NCBI RefSeq assembly: GCF_000315625.1
Contig: NW_005434503.1
Coordinates: forward strand, 1-64,000
Length of the DNA: 64,000 nt
Direction of reading: 5' to 3'
Source: Guillardia theta CCMP2712
Taxonomy: Eukaryota > Protista > Cryptophyta
The notes under the pieces were generated by a model. That model did no database searches, was not told the DNA's origin, and was given only the letters and a program-made list of their open reading frames with translations. The first letter of the stretch is position 1, and each line of letters begins with the position of its first letter. A program made the translations under genes and the position numbers. Shown here piece after piece: positions 9,331-21,644 of this stretch.

Positions 9331-10564
9331 TGCTGCAACTGCTGCTTCTAATGCATGTTTTTGAAGGATCGTGGTGTCCTGACACATTTTCTGTGCAAAT
9401 ACAGCCTCAAATAGCAAGGCTCTTGTTGCTATCATTAGAATTCTATATGTGGGTACAATTTTGCTTTAAGCATGGTAAAAGAAGACGAAGATTTAGGGAA
9501 TTGATCGGGATCGTGTAAAACGATTATCGAGGCTTTGGTAGGCCAGTAGTCCATGGATGACGACTGTTGTTCGGCAGCATTACAAAGCTCCCCCATTTTT
9601 GAAGAGGTCCTTTGCAACCGTCTTCCACCTTTTCTACTTGTGTTGGCTCTTTGCCGAGAACTATCCAGACTAGCATAACTGTTAGAAACAAAATTTGGAG
9701 AAATCTGTTTGGATGTAACAGTAAAGCAATCATCTGATTTCTGTATGCTCCACCCAATTTGAGGCTGCTTGGAGAAAGCGGTACCATGATTGATCAAGCT
9801 GCTTGAAGCCAGAATGGGACTTTTCGGCAACGCGGAAACAATCGAAAACGGAAAGACGTAAAAGAGAAAAACTGCACAAAAGTCGAGCATCTCTCAGCAA
9901 TACGTAACAGCAGTGATATGATGAAGGGCAATGGTTTCCAGCTCGTCAGGATCAAATAAAACACATAGTCGAGCGTTCCAAAAATAGCTACCAAAGAGAC
10001 GCAAGAAAGATCCTGAATCAGAGGTTCAGGGTTTGGGTCGAGATCAGAAAGAAGACCGGGAAAGCAAATTTGATTCGAACATTAAGAATCATAATGCCAA
10101 ACAAGCTGTCCACGTGAAGAATGCAGTTGTCTCTACAAGATCGGGGGAGAGAAGATCGCAACGTAAAGCACTGGTTCCATGGAAAGGATCCTAAAGAACG
10201 CCACCTGGTGGGAGTAGGTGGGTTGTTATTTCTATGGGTACATTTTTTAACTTCGAATTTGACGATTAATTTTAAATTTGTGACCAGAACGAAAAGAAAT
10301 TTTATTGAGTCTTGAAGGGGGTAGGGGTACGTTATGATGTCCTCGTGCAAGGACTTGCAGGAGATTGTTACGAGATATTTCTGGACCGGAACGGTTAAAA
10401 AGCAGATTGGTATCTGCAATGAACAGGTTCTTTTTCAAGAAAACAATATTTTTATATATTGCCTCAAGATCCATGGAGATCCATCCGCTATTATCAGTAG
10501 TAGTAAAAGAAATCATCTCGATCACTACAACCAGGTGAACTTTACTCAACAATGCCATTGAACA

Positions 10565-12021
10565 TCAAATCGGGCAATCCGCCAAAAAGCATGGTTCAGG
10601 CACTCCAGACACACCTTCGTAAAACATCAATACAATGTGCAATTTAGACTCAAAGCTTGTAAAACGAAGCACTTTAGGATAAGCTCACCTTCGGGAAGTT
10701 TTACTGCCCAGAGTTGCCCTGCTCCTGGTTGCTCTTTTCGCTTGAAAAGATCATCAAAACTCCTGATTTCAGCATCAAAGCAGACAAACCTCTTCCTCGC
10801 TCAGCCGATGCCTTGCCGTAGTTATGTAAAGAACGCCATCCCCGATCGCACAAGATGTTGGGTTGTTAAATGGGAGATTGATCTGCACAATGATCCATTC
10901 TTACAGAAAAAAAACAAGGAGGTACTAATCAATCCAACCTCATAATCGACAGCACCATCTTCAGGTCTGTGTCGAACAACCTACGTGTGCATTTCACAGT
11001 CACACCAAAAGAAAAAAATAACATAAAAAACAAAAACACGCTCGGGCACCTTCCAATTTCCAGCCTGTGCCTCCCATAGTCCTCCTTGGTTGTCAACAGT
11101 CGCTCCGTCCGGGCCTCCTTTTTCATCCTGGCGTAAAAGAACTGAATACAAATTGAACGGCTTATCATGATTAAACCTCCGACATCTTCCAGAACGACAC
11201 TTTGTTTCTGAGTTTATCATTCGGTGAATAGTCAAATCGGAAGATCTCCTGCGTCGGTGTATCACAAAAATACATCTTGTCACCTACAAATAAAATTATG
11301 CATTGCAAGGGAATCACGAGATCACCCTCAGCGCTAAATGCGATGGTATTGGAGCATCGAAAACGATAATCGAGGATCTCCTCAAGCTCGAGGGTCTGTG
11401 CATTTAATCTCCACAAACCAGCGATGTTTTTCTTGTCTTGACGATGGTTGTTATTGTATGAACCAATCACAAAGTTTCCCTATTACAAATAAATAAGTTT
11501 TTCAAAAGCAATCGTGGTTGAAATACCTCGCGGTCGCATTTACCGTCGTTGGGTCTTGTTGGGAGCCCCTCTTCGTATGGACAGATGAGCCTTCTCTCGC
11601 TGGTTTCAAGGTTGTACCATGACAACCCGCTAGCAAAACCCATCAAGAACCCGCCAGATTTGGTGAATGCAAAGCTGCCTGCAACCTCAGGTAGATCCCA
11701 ACTCTTATAATCTTGAGAGTTTGGGTGATATCTGCACATCTTCTTGCCATTTATGTCAAGCCAGTATAAAGCCTTCTGCTCCTCGTGCCACATCGGAGCT
11801 TCACCGAGTAAATTGTCACATCGAACAACCTCTTCTGCTTGAAGTTGAGTGATTCCTCCGCCCCGGATCCTCAGCACCTCCAAGCTACCACCAACCCGAT
11901 ACGGCATGAAAGAAGCTAGCGATTTCAAGCCTCGACTTGGCGAGTGCGATGCTCCCATCATCGAGCCGCATGCATATCCCATGGCCGCGAACAAGGCCAT
12001 TATGCCTAGCGGGGAGGCCAT
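10565..12021 (-). CDS. SMP-30/gluconolactonase/regucalcin family protein with signal peptide; multi-exon
   Basis: LGEAPMW..LYWLDI, RPNDGKCD, SNTIAFS, MYFCDT, PDGATVDNQGGLW, NPTSCAIG..LYITTAR. Confidence 0.9.
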
Positions 12022-13031
12022 CAGGCTCTATGCTGGGCTCTATGGCTGAGCCAGCGCGATAGCTAGCGAGAGCGGCGCTGCTAGCGTGAAAATCAGCCCG
12101 CCTTGACTGCGAGACTTGCAGGCATGACCATTCCTCTGAGGATTCTTCAGTCAAAAATGACTGAAAATCAGTATCACAACACAAGACTGTGAATAAAGGT
12201 ACAACCGATATTCCCTGCAAACATGATGAGTCACACATGTACCACCCACTCAACATGACCCCCACCAACAGCATTTTCCTCGTACCCATCTGAGAGACCA
12301 GAGCGGTACCCCTCCTTCGAGACTTGATTTCGCATCATACCCCTATTGTCTATTGACCCTACCCCATAATTCCAATCACGGCTAGTAACTAATCTAGGCG
12401 AAAATGGCTTGCAGGGCTTCACAGACCGGAAGGACATATCTACTTCACCAGCTTGTCCAACTCAGAATTCTTGTTCTAGGATGTTAGATCAATTTCATTT
12501 TTACATCCACGCTCACGCCCTTCATATTCTATCAAATATTTGCTTTTGCAGCCATCATTCCGCTCCTTGTTCTCTCCACCCTGATGTTCAACTTTTGCTC
12601 GCAGAATCTCTCGATGTATTTTAGTGTCCTCCGCGATCTGCAGTTTTCCACTACGGACCTCTCTTTTGATGACGTGAATGTCCTTCATTTAGGTGTTTTC
12701 CTGATGTTGTTGGTTTTTCTACCTTGTATCGTTGTGCTTTTTTTCTGCCTAGGAGTGTCTAGATTGTTTGGCCTTACAGTTTGAATCATATAATGATCTT
12801 CGAAAGTGTTGTAGAGCTATCTCTACTTGTCTGTCCAAAAATATTCTAATTCTTTGCTGTTGAACTTTAGAACAGGAAACTCCAGGAAAAGATCACCGAG
12901 GGTATTTCTTTTCTATTTGCTCGTCAACTTCGATCGAATCATTGGTATCTTGGCCCTGTGCGATCTGAATCCTTCTTCGCACAGGGCACCAATTGGACAT
13001 ATATCTTTTTATTACTCGGATCAAAGCCAAA

Positions 13032-15325
13032 ATGACCATAACAGCAGCCGAATACTCCCTGTATCTATTCTTCTTTAGCTGGTGCTGGCTTTCAGTTGCT
13101 GTCAGTGCTTTCACGGATGTGTTTGTGTTCGCAAAAGAAAGAAGAGACATTCTGACGGCTACTGAAGAATTCCGGTTAAACCCTTCAACAAGGGCGGCAG
13201 TGTACAGCTCATTTTATCTGGGTTGGTTGTTCGGGGACCCATTCTTCGGATGGATAGCTGACAAATGGGGAAGGCAAGTTATGCTGCGCACTCCTCTCAG
13301 TTTGTCATTGAAGTGATAGGCATCCTTCTGTCTACATTGCAACAGCGCTTGGCCTTATTTTTCAAGCATCATGTGCGTTGGCTGTCGGTCCATATTCTTT
13401 GTTCTCCCTGCGCCTTTTTGCAGGAGTTTGCATGGTAATTGCCTTCGTATGAGTCAACTATGTCCTACATACCTAGTCTGAATCGATTCCTTTTGCCAGG
13501 GCGGTGCAGATTTGGTTGCTTATGTACACTGTATCGAACTTTCAGGAGTGCAACAGCGAGCAACGAGCGGATCAGTGATGCAGGTTACTTGATTCTCCAT
13601 ACAAAATAACAGGGGGCATATCTGAACACTGTATAAATTAGTGTTTCTTTGCCTGCGGCTTGTGCTTAGCAGCATCTTTTGCTGTAGTATTCCCAGATTG
13701 GCGCCAAGTAAGTCCATTTCTGCTGCTGCTACATGATTGTTGACAACAATGTACAGCTGTATTTCGTTGCAGCTCTGCCCACAGCACTTTTCATAGTGCT
13801 ATTCATCATTCAGCGTTCATCAATCACTTATTGATTTGCATCAGATTTCATGGTGGTGGATTCCGGAATCACCCAAATGGCTAGCAAATCAATTGAGTAA
13901 TATATTACTTGAATCCAATCTTTTACTTTGATTTTTGCTTTCCTCCATTTAATAGAGCAAACAGGGAGTGGGAAACTGAAGGGCGGAGAAAAGTTGCAAC
14001 ATTCTGTGAGATTATCATGTTTTCTCAAATAATTTCTTTTGGATCAAGTTACTTGTAATTCATTTCAAACAGAAAGCTGAGACTGCTGATCAGCACAGAG
14101 CTTTGCTTCATGTTACGGTGAAATTGTTCACGATATCATGTGTCATAATAGTAGATTGACGCTTCACTTGTCATTAACAGGAGGAAGCTGGACAAGTTGT
14201 TGGTGATGGTGGTAGTGAGGATGAGAAGGGACACAGAAATCAAACAGAAAACGGGGACAAAGAGTTCACGTACAGCATGCTTTTGAAGGCAAGTTATTTT
14301 GGGATGGATACTTCCAAGTCATGCCATTGCAGGATTCGGATACAAGTCAGCTGCTCATGACTGTCTGAAAACAAAATTTCTTAGACGTGCGTGATATGAT
14401 GCAGGTATGTGTAGTCTGGCTTATTGGAGGATTTGTGTATTATGGAATTACTCTGAGTGCCGGGAGCATTTCTAAGGAGGTAAATGAAAAATTTTCTGTT
14501 CTACAATCTCAAAATTCATAGATACACTTGAACATGTTCCTTATGGGCCTGGTTGAAATTCCTGCCTACGTGCTTTCGAGGTCAAACCATTCCTTCTGTG
14601 TACATACCTTTACGAAATTTCTCAAGGTACCTCGCGGACACAGCGGGAAGAAAATCTTCTTATATCAGTCTTACGCTCTTGGCTGGTAGAGCAGAGAACT
14701 TTGTGACTGACTTAACAATGATCTTTTTTCAAGCATTCTTCTGTCTGGTTTCCTGGTCGTATCCCCGAAAAGGAGGGAGATTACTATTTGCGCTTGTTGG
14801 GAAGATCTTTGTTAGCTCATGCAGTTAGTCTGGCATGTGTTAACACCACTTCAGGCTTCTGGCGCTTTTTCATTGGTGTGGATGTGGTCGCCTGAGATTT
14901 TTCCGACAGGTGCAAGGTAATTTCAGGACTCAGATGTTTATGAAGCTTAGATTTCTTCAGGTCCTTAACGACTGCGATTGGGAGCCAAGCAGCACGTGTT
15001 GGGTCCATCCTCGCACCATACGTTCGACACAGCGGAAGACATTTGAACACTCTTTCTAATACAAAAATTCAGGTTGTTGTTCTCATGTCTGAAATGGAGA
15101 GCACAGTCGACGGCTCAGGTTGCATACTTGATGCAATTCCATGTGCACGCAGGGTAAAAATCAATGCAGGAGTGAGTCATCCACCTCTGCCCCAACCGGT
15201 TTCATTGAATTCTTTCCGCACATTGATTCATTTAAAACAATTTGCAGATATTTGCTGCCGTTGGCTGCATCAGTGCGCTGGTTGCATGCTTCCTTCCCGA
15301 AACAGTCGGGGTGGAAATGATATAA
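13032..15325 (+). CDS. MFS transporter, SLC22/organic cation transporter-like; many short introns
   Basis: GWIADKWGR, PESPKWL, YYGITL, GLVEIPAY, DTAGRK, EIFPT, AARVGSILAPY, LPET. Confidence 0.88.
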
Positions 15326-15905
15326 ACATTCAGTCTCCAAGAATTGGCCAGCCTTACTTGGAGTCAAACTCAACGGCGTACTCGCAGCGGGAGATCACTT
15401 AGTTCAATCATTATGTTGTCAGGAAAGGGCTTTTCGGCGGTGGCGCACAGTCGCTTCAGTGATAATGGCCTCTGACAAATATGCTCCGGCCAAGTGATGG
15501 TCCGCAGTCACTGTTGACACACCACACGGTGCTTTGTAAGGCCGCTCGACTGGCGAGCTGTGTGGGCCATCCCACAAATCTAAGAATGTTGGCTGGCACG
15601 CAGCCCGCCGCCAGTCACGATAGCCAACCAGTAAGTTGAGTCACTTGCACGACCATCCTGTGCTGGAGTACTTGTGTACGTCAACGTCCGCGGTCCATGT
15701 TTGACTAGATCTCGCCATACCTTGATTAGACCGAATCCTATGGCCTTGGCTATGGCTTTTGGCCAAGGAACCAGTGCCGAGTGGGGAAGCAGGCGGCCCA
15801 AAAACCGTCCGGGATTGAATCATACACGTTGGTTGATCCATGAGTCGAAAAGAATATACTGAGGGAAAAAAAGTCTTTGGAGTCCTGCTGTTCTTTAACA
15901 GTTTC

Positions 15906-17126
15906 TTACGCTATTTCTCGCCGTCTTTCAATCCTAGCTTGGAAGGGTCGAAACTCAGATGCTAGCAGCCTCTTTGAAATTTTTTGCCGAAGTTTGATGA
16001 AGTGGAGCAAGATAGCATATCCCTTGCGATTCACCAACAAGAACTGTCGAAGCTCCGTCATGGACATGCATTCTAAAATTTGAGCAAGAACACCCCCTGG
16101 AAGGTGATCACATAATCTGCATCCCGAAGCTTGAAGCTGACTGACAAAGGTTTCTGTCTGAGAAATCAAATATGTCCTAAGTTGCTCATGTGTGCACAAA
16201 ACATATTCCTTTCTCGCAAATGCACGCACCATACATTCTGCCATGCAAATTGCGTTCTCAGAGCTCTCCTGGACTGTCTTGAAGCACACTAAATGTAGTT
16301 CTGTTTCCATGGATGAGAATTTGGCTTCTTTGTTAAAAAAAAGGGATCTGACATTATCCACTAGCCTTGGATCTAGCCTGCCGCGACTGAGACTGCATAA
16401 TACTTCAAGTTTCAATTTCTTCTTGTTGAGAGACATCCGGTTGGACCGCTTATGGCACTCACAATCAATCCAAGATCTCAGAAAGGATTGAAAAAGATTG
16501 AATTTGTCATGATCAGTCTGAGATACAATGTTTTCATGACAAAAGTGAATTGTTTTGATGAAAGGATTGCATCCTCCCTCGAGCAGATCAAAAATGAGGT
16601 CTGCTGAAGTACACGGAGGTAAAATACTCAGAACATTGGTATCCTGACCACCAGTTAGCGGACTAAGGCGAGGAAGAGATTCGTTGGGATCCGCGCCTTC
16701 ATCTAAAAGCCTTTTAATGATTGTGGTTGTGTGGTTGTTGAGGAGCAGACTCTGAGTATCTCGGTAAACGCAACATGCAGCAAGGTGAAGGACGCTTCCG
16801 ATTTCCCTTCCTTGCTTCGACAAGTCAAGCGTATACCAAACCTTGTTATTCTCATTCTCAGCTTCTGCAAAAAATTTGTGATACTTAAAAAAACATTCGA
16901 CGATTGAGGAATCTTTTTGAAGAATAGCCATTGCAAGAGCAGATGTTCCAGCTGATTCACAAATTACATTAGGGTTCGCGTTGCACCTCAAGAGTGCCTC
17001 GACTTCTTCCAGTTTACCATCGATCACAGCTTGATGAAGAGGTAATCTAGAGCGGTATTGTACCTTTTGTATAGCATTTCGAGGTCGTTGGGTTCCAGGA
17101 AGCACTAAGTCGAATGTTCTTACCAT
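15906..17126 (-). CDS. Intronless ankyrin-repeat protein with C-terminal F-box-like motif (406 aa)
   Basis: PLHQAVIDGKLEEVEALLRCNANPN, SVLHLAA, LLDEGADPN; C-terminal DHLPGGVLAQILECMSMTELRQF. Confidence 0.8.
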   Translation of the reverse strand: MVRTFDLVLPGTQRPRNAIQKVQYRSRLPLHQAVIDGKLEEVEALLRCNANPNVICESAGTSALAMAILQKDSSIVECFFKYHKFFAEAENENNKVWYTLDLSKQGREIGSVLHLAACCVYRDTQSLLLNNHTTTIIKRLLDEGADPNESLPRLSPLTGGQDTNVLSILPPCTSADLIFDLLEGGCNPFIKTIHFCHENIVSQTDHDKFNLFQSFLRSWIDCECHKRSNRMSLNKKKLKLEVLCSLSRGRLDPRLVDNVRSLFFNKEAKFSSMETELHLVCFKTVQESSENAICMAECMVRAFARKEYVLCTHEQLRTYLISQTETFVSQLQASGCRLCDHLPGGVLAQILECMSMTELRQFLLVNRKGYAILLHFIKLRQKISKRLLASEFRPFQARIERRREIA

Positions 17127-18019
17127 GCCTGTGTCAACGTATTGTTGAGAGACGTGGATTTGACCAGGATCGGATGTTCCAAGATGAATTCAAGCCAGGA
17201 CTTCGAACTATCTCTTCATAACACACCTGATAATAACATTTTCAGAGTGCATTCATGTTATATCAAACCAGAAAATTGATCAAAGACAATTGAACATTGT
17301 TCACAATCATTTTGACGCTTCCATTTCTTTCGTGAGATTCCTACAAGGTGAAATGCTTGATCTCGTTGCTGCTTTCATAGCTCTCTCGTTGTATCTTTTG
17401 CTTTCTCGTTTTATCTTCTTCCCTTTACCAACCTTAACCTCTCCCTATCCTTCCATTCCCGTCCTTCGAAAGTCTCGATGACTCTTGCCCTCTTGGGGCT
17501 CCGATCCGCCTTCCCACCCCGAGACCCTACCCTTCCCCTTCGAATACCCCTCTATCAATCATCATACCTTACTCATTTGAAATTTTATTTCAAGAATACT
17601 AGGCTGAGACTTGAAATCTTCCAATAGGATTATAAATTATGAGATTTTATTTCACAGTACCCATCTCCTACATCACTCAAACCTTGAGTCGCAATTGACC
17701 TTCACCCCCTACCCCCACAGATTTCGGATCGTTGCGGTATTGCGCCGCCCTACAGATCCTCGTGCCCTATACTACACCCCGACGACATAAATACAACCCC
17801 TACACCACCCCCGGGAAAATATGTAGTGAGTACCCCACCCTCCTCCTTCATAGCGACTATGTTCCGATTCCGGGCTGTCTTTCTTTTTTTGGTTGGTCCC
17901 TGAAAACACACGAAATCAGGGACAGAACAGCCTCAAGAGTCGTTCGGCACCTCGGGTCGTTTCGAATGAGAGGGGAAGGGTGGGCACCGGCAGAAGCACG
18001 ATCACATTGATCCCGGATA

Positions 18020-18960
18020 AGATCAGACTGTCACGGTCCGGCCGGGCCGCCGGGGCTCAGCGTCGATCGGCGCGGCCCGGCCGCCGGCGGACTCCCGACC
18101 GTCCACTCTGAGCCTTTACTCAAAGTTAAGTTAAAAATCAGTACGAGGACAATCAGGAGAGTCGAGGAGGCTTGCCCCTGACACTGTCGCACAGGCCAAA
18201 CGGCGAGACTTGAAGAGAAAAGACAGCGAGAACCAAACCGTCCAATCCTGCCAACTGCTGTCCCCCAAACTTAACTGATACCTTCACTTAACTGCGCGCT
18301 GGACAAGAGCCCGGCCGCCGGGGGCCGGGGCCCACTGAGCCGGGCCCGAGCGGCAGGGCCCCCGGATGCACGGTCAGCCGTGCGACCGTCTTCACTGACT
18401 CCGGGAGCCTCAGCGGGAGTCTGACGCCGGTCCGGCCGGGGCCACGGCGGCCGCCGGTACCGTCGTACCGACCCGGGCCGGCGGACTCCGGGACCCGGGG
18501 TCGGATCCCCGGGGCCGGCCCGCCGCACCGGGTACGGTCGGACGCCACCGTGGCACTGGGCAACGGTCGGCGACCCGGCGGTCCGCCGGACCCGTCCGGA
18601 GAGTCCGACCGTACTCGCCGTGCGTGCCAGACGGTGGGCCGCACGCCGGGGCCGCCGGGCCGGGGGGCCCCTGCGCGGCCGCTGAGAGTCCCGAGTACCG
18701 GGTCCGCGGCCGCCCGGGCCCGGCGGCGGCTGTGCGGCAGTGCCGCTGTGCGGCAGTCACCGGTGACCGGGCCGGGCCCGGGCCCACGGCTCACGGCGGG
18801 TCCGATCACCGGCGGATTTCGTCGGAGTGCAACTCCGACACTGGCAGGCTGAGTCAGTGCCCGGCCGCCCCGGGGCGCGGGCCGGCGGCTCAGTGCCCCG
18901 GGGGCGGGGGCCGGGGCCGCCGGGCCGGTCCGATCACCGGTCACTGAACCGGGAACGGTC
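18020..18960. other. GC-rich intergenic island (CCGG/GGCC word-rich); similar islands at ~22780-22870, 37700-38470, 41100-41830, 47195-47540, 54860-55330
   Basis: Abrupt GC rise and a low-complexity vocabulary (ccgg, ggcc, cggtac, tcagtg). No credible protein. Confidence 0.8.
18112..18197 (+). repeat. Dispersed ~85-bp repeat, cleanest copy (others 41896-41966 +, 54813-54849 -, 54998-55120 +, degenerate 54760-54790 -)
   Basis: Shared core TTTACTCAAAGTTAAGTTAAAAATCAGTACGAGGACAATCAGGAGAG..GAGGAGGCTT..CTGTCGCACAGGCC. Confidence 0.85.
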
Positions 18961-19112
18961 AATTAATTTTTTTCGGCTAAAAAACTTTGAAGGCTCTATA
19001 AAGAGAGACTTGAAAATCAAGTTGTATCGGACTGGAAATTTTGACAGATGATGACCGATCGAAGGCTGACCGTCTGAGAGAGCAACGGGGGCCGGGCCGG
19101 GAGGGGGGGGGC

Positions 19113-19179
19113 AGACAACAGACAGACAGACAGACAGACCGTACAGACAGTGACCGTACTGAGACAGTGAGAGGCGCGG

Positions 19180-19278
<99 letters not shown>

Positions 19279-19515
19279 CCGGGCAGTGAAAGGAAGTGAG
19301 AGGCACTGACAGACAGACAGACAGACAGGCACGCAGACAGGCAGGCAGGCAGGCAGCCTGCAGGCAGGCAGGCAGGCAGGCAGACAGACAGACAGGCACT
19401 GGCAGGGCGACTGACTCACTGACTGAGAGAGATAGACTGAGACTGAGACTGAGTGAAAGAAGGACAGAGACGGTGACATACGCAGTGAGATAGAGACAGA
19501 GACAGAGACAGAGAT
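19113..19515. repeat. Compound microsatellite (CAGA)n/(GCAG)n/(GAGACA)n
   Basis: Direct observation. Confidence 0.95.
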
Positions 19516-19571
19516 TTTCGCACAAGCATTAATAGAAACTGATTATTTGTTCAGAGTGGGATACATTTCAC

Positions 19572-20460
19572 ATGCTGAGAGCATTGATCAAGACACTCCT
19601 ATGGACTCTGTTTTTGTTCTCCGTTGGAATCGATTCAAACGATGGTGTGAAAGCAGGACGTGAAAAAGAGCACTGCTTGATCGATGTATTCGAGGTGACA
19701 CTGTATAACGAAGCGTTGTTAACTCTCAATCTGTCTTTATGCTTTGGAATTCTTTACTTCAGATGACTTTCTTCAATACTAGGACGAGCTGGGAATAATT
19801 GATCTTGACTTCTCAACTATAATGGCGCCTATGAATCCTTGCTGTGGAGGTCTGTCTCACTTTCTGCGCGTGATCGAATCATATGGTTATAATCCAAACG
19901 AAGGCATACAAGAATTTCTTAAGCTGGCCCAAGCCTCATCTCAACCATGGAAGTATCAGGGGAGGCGTCGATGGTATAAGGGGTGGCCAGGGGAAGATTG
20001 TCACGCTGTTTGTGACAATAACGGCGAGGTGACCAAATGTTGAACATCAGTCTCATATCACATCATTTCCAAACTGCCCCTGTACAGCCCCGCCGGCTTC
20101 GCACCGGCATCTCTTTCCGCTCCTTACTTTCTTTGATTTAGATATGCGACGATAATGTCACTGCAGCAAGCCTTGAGGTGACAACTTGTAGAGATGTCCA
20201 TCCGCATGACTCGATCTACAACACCAGGACCGAATGCTTCAGTCAGCACTTGCGCTATATGAAGGTGATTCAAATTGCACCTTTATCAATAAATATGGTT
20301 TGCATCAGAATGCCATCAATTGTCATCGATCTCGATGGAATCATTGCTTCCAGCGATTCTTCATGGTGAAGGTTGCACATGAAACTTTGACAATCAATCG
20401 CTAGATTTCATGAAAACTGCAGAGTGTGCGATCCGAACTGCGCAAAGTGACACAGTAAAG
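19572..20460 (+). CDS. Putative secreted Cys-rich protein of unknown function; multi-exon, bounds approximate
   Basis: Signal-peptide-like start MLRALIKTLLWTLFLFSVG; Cys-rich exons (WYKGWPGEDCHAVCD). Confidence 0.45.
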
Positions 20461-20786
20461 GTATTACTGCCACTCAAGTTTCTCCGCCACATGACCCTTC
20501 TCCCTATGACTTAGATTTCCTGTTCCGCTTTCCAAAACAACGCAAGCCGATGGTGTCCATGCAAACTTGGAGAAGGAGACTGGAAAGTAGTAGAGAAGGA
20601 AGTTGAGGTAGGAACGAAAAAGATTCTTGCGTTGATGACTCACTTTGATTGTTAATTTATAGATGAATGGCTGCATTCAAGCTATCAAAGCCATGAATTT
20701 AGAGGTTGAAAGAAGGATTTTGAGGTTTTGCTCTGCGTTGATGGGTATGGAATCACAAATGATCCAGAAAAGAGCATGAAAGACAG

Positions 20787-21644
20787 ATGAATGATCGACC
20801 ACAATCAGAAAATCATGATGCTGAAGAAACCTCTTCAGACTCAGAGCACGATGCCCAAAATCCATCGACAAGCGGGAAGCATTCTACCAAGACAGGTTTT
20901 GTGATCATGCGGAACTTGACTGATCTACCACTCACAGATGCCCTCAAACAAAGAATGCAAGATGCGTACACTAAGTCATTCGAACAATTCAAACTCAAGA
21001 GGGTAGCTCATACGTTGCTGCTTGCAACACATTTAATTTGTTGAAATTTTGCAGGCAGGTAGTGCAGACTACAACAAAACAGAAGAAGAATACTTCACAA
21101 CTTTGTACTGTAGTTGAGTGGTACGGTTTTCTCTCACGCGGAGTTTGTCAGGTACAGAAAGTATGAGGAAGAATTGAAAAGCATTGAGGATAGGCCCACG
21201 CATTTTCGCTACTTCAACTGGCTTTTCAAACCACAGCGCATGACTCCAACCGCGGATACCACAAGTCAGCCATCATCAGCATCGCAAGAAGACAAAGGCA
21301 GCCAAGACTTGTCGTACAGGACTGCAGAGAAAATGAGGTACAGACCCTTCTCTGTCCATTCTGTTTCACAAATGTTCGAAACAAGACAGGAGATAGAAGA
21401 GAGCAACATTCTCATGCGCGAGCGCTCCGGCATTCAACACCCTTCAGCACTGGGCTGTGAAGGTGAGAACCTTCAATTTGATTCAAGTATGAACATTGAA
21501 GCAGCTCCTGCAATGATTGATTTCACGGCACATGAGCACAAGCATATGCTACAGGAGGAAACCTTTCGACAACACAAGGAGGTGAAATGGAAACAAGACT
21601 CGCAAGCTGATGAAGAATACAATTTTTGGCGTTATGATTGGTAA
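20787..21644 (+). CDS. Hypothetical protein, multi-exon
   Basis: Consecutive hydrophilic ORFs separated by ~50-nt GT-AG introns. Confidence 0.5.

Noticed and set aside
9435-10561. Possible gene between tilS and SMP-30
   Set aside because: Short ORFs on both strands, with no recognisable domain or consistent strand; not called.
15410-15825. Telomerase RNA, RNase P/MRP or SRP assignment
   Set aside because: No CTAAACCCT template and no CR-I/CR-V or SRP motifs found; kept only as an unknown candidate.
18271-19525. Pro/Gly/Arg-rich and LPAC-repeat ORFs (also 37582-38504, 41219-41847, 47041-47377)
   Set aside because: Stop-poor GC islands and microsatellites, open in multiple frames.
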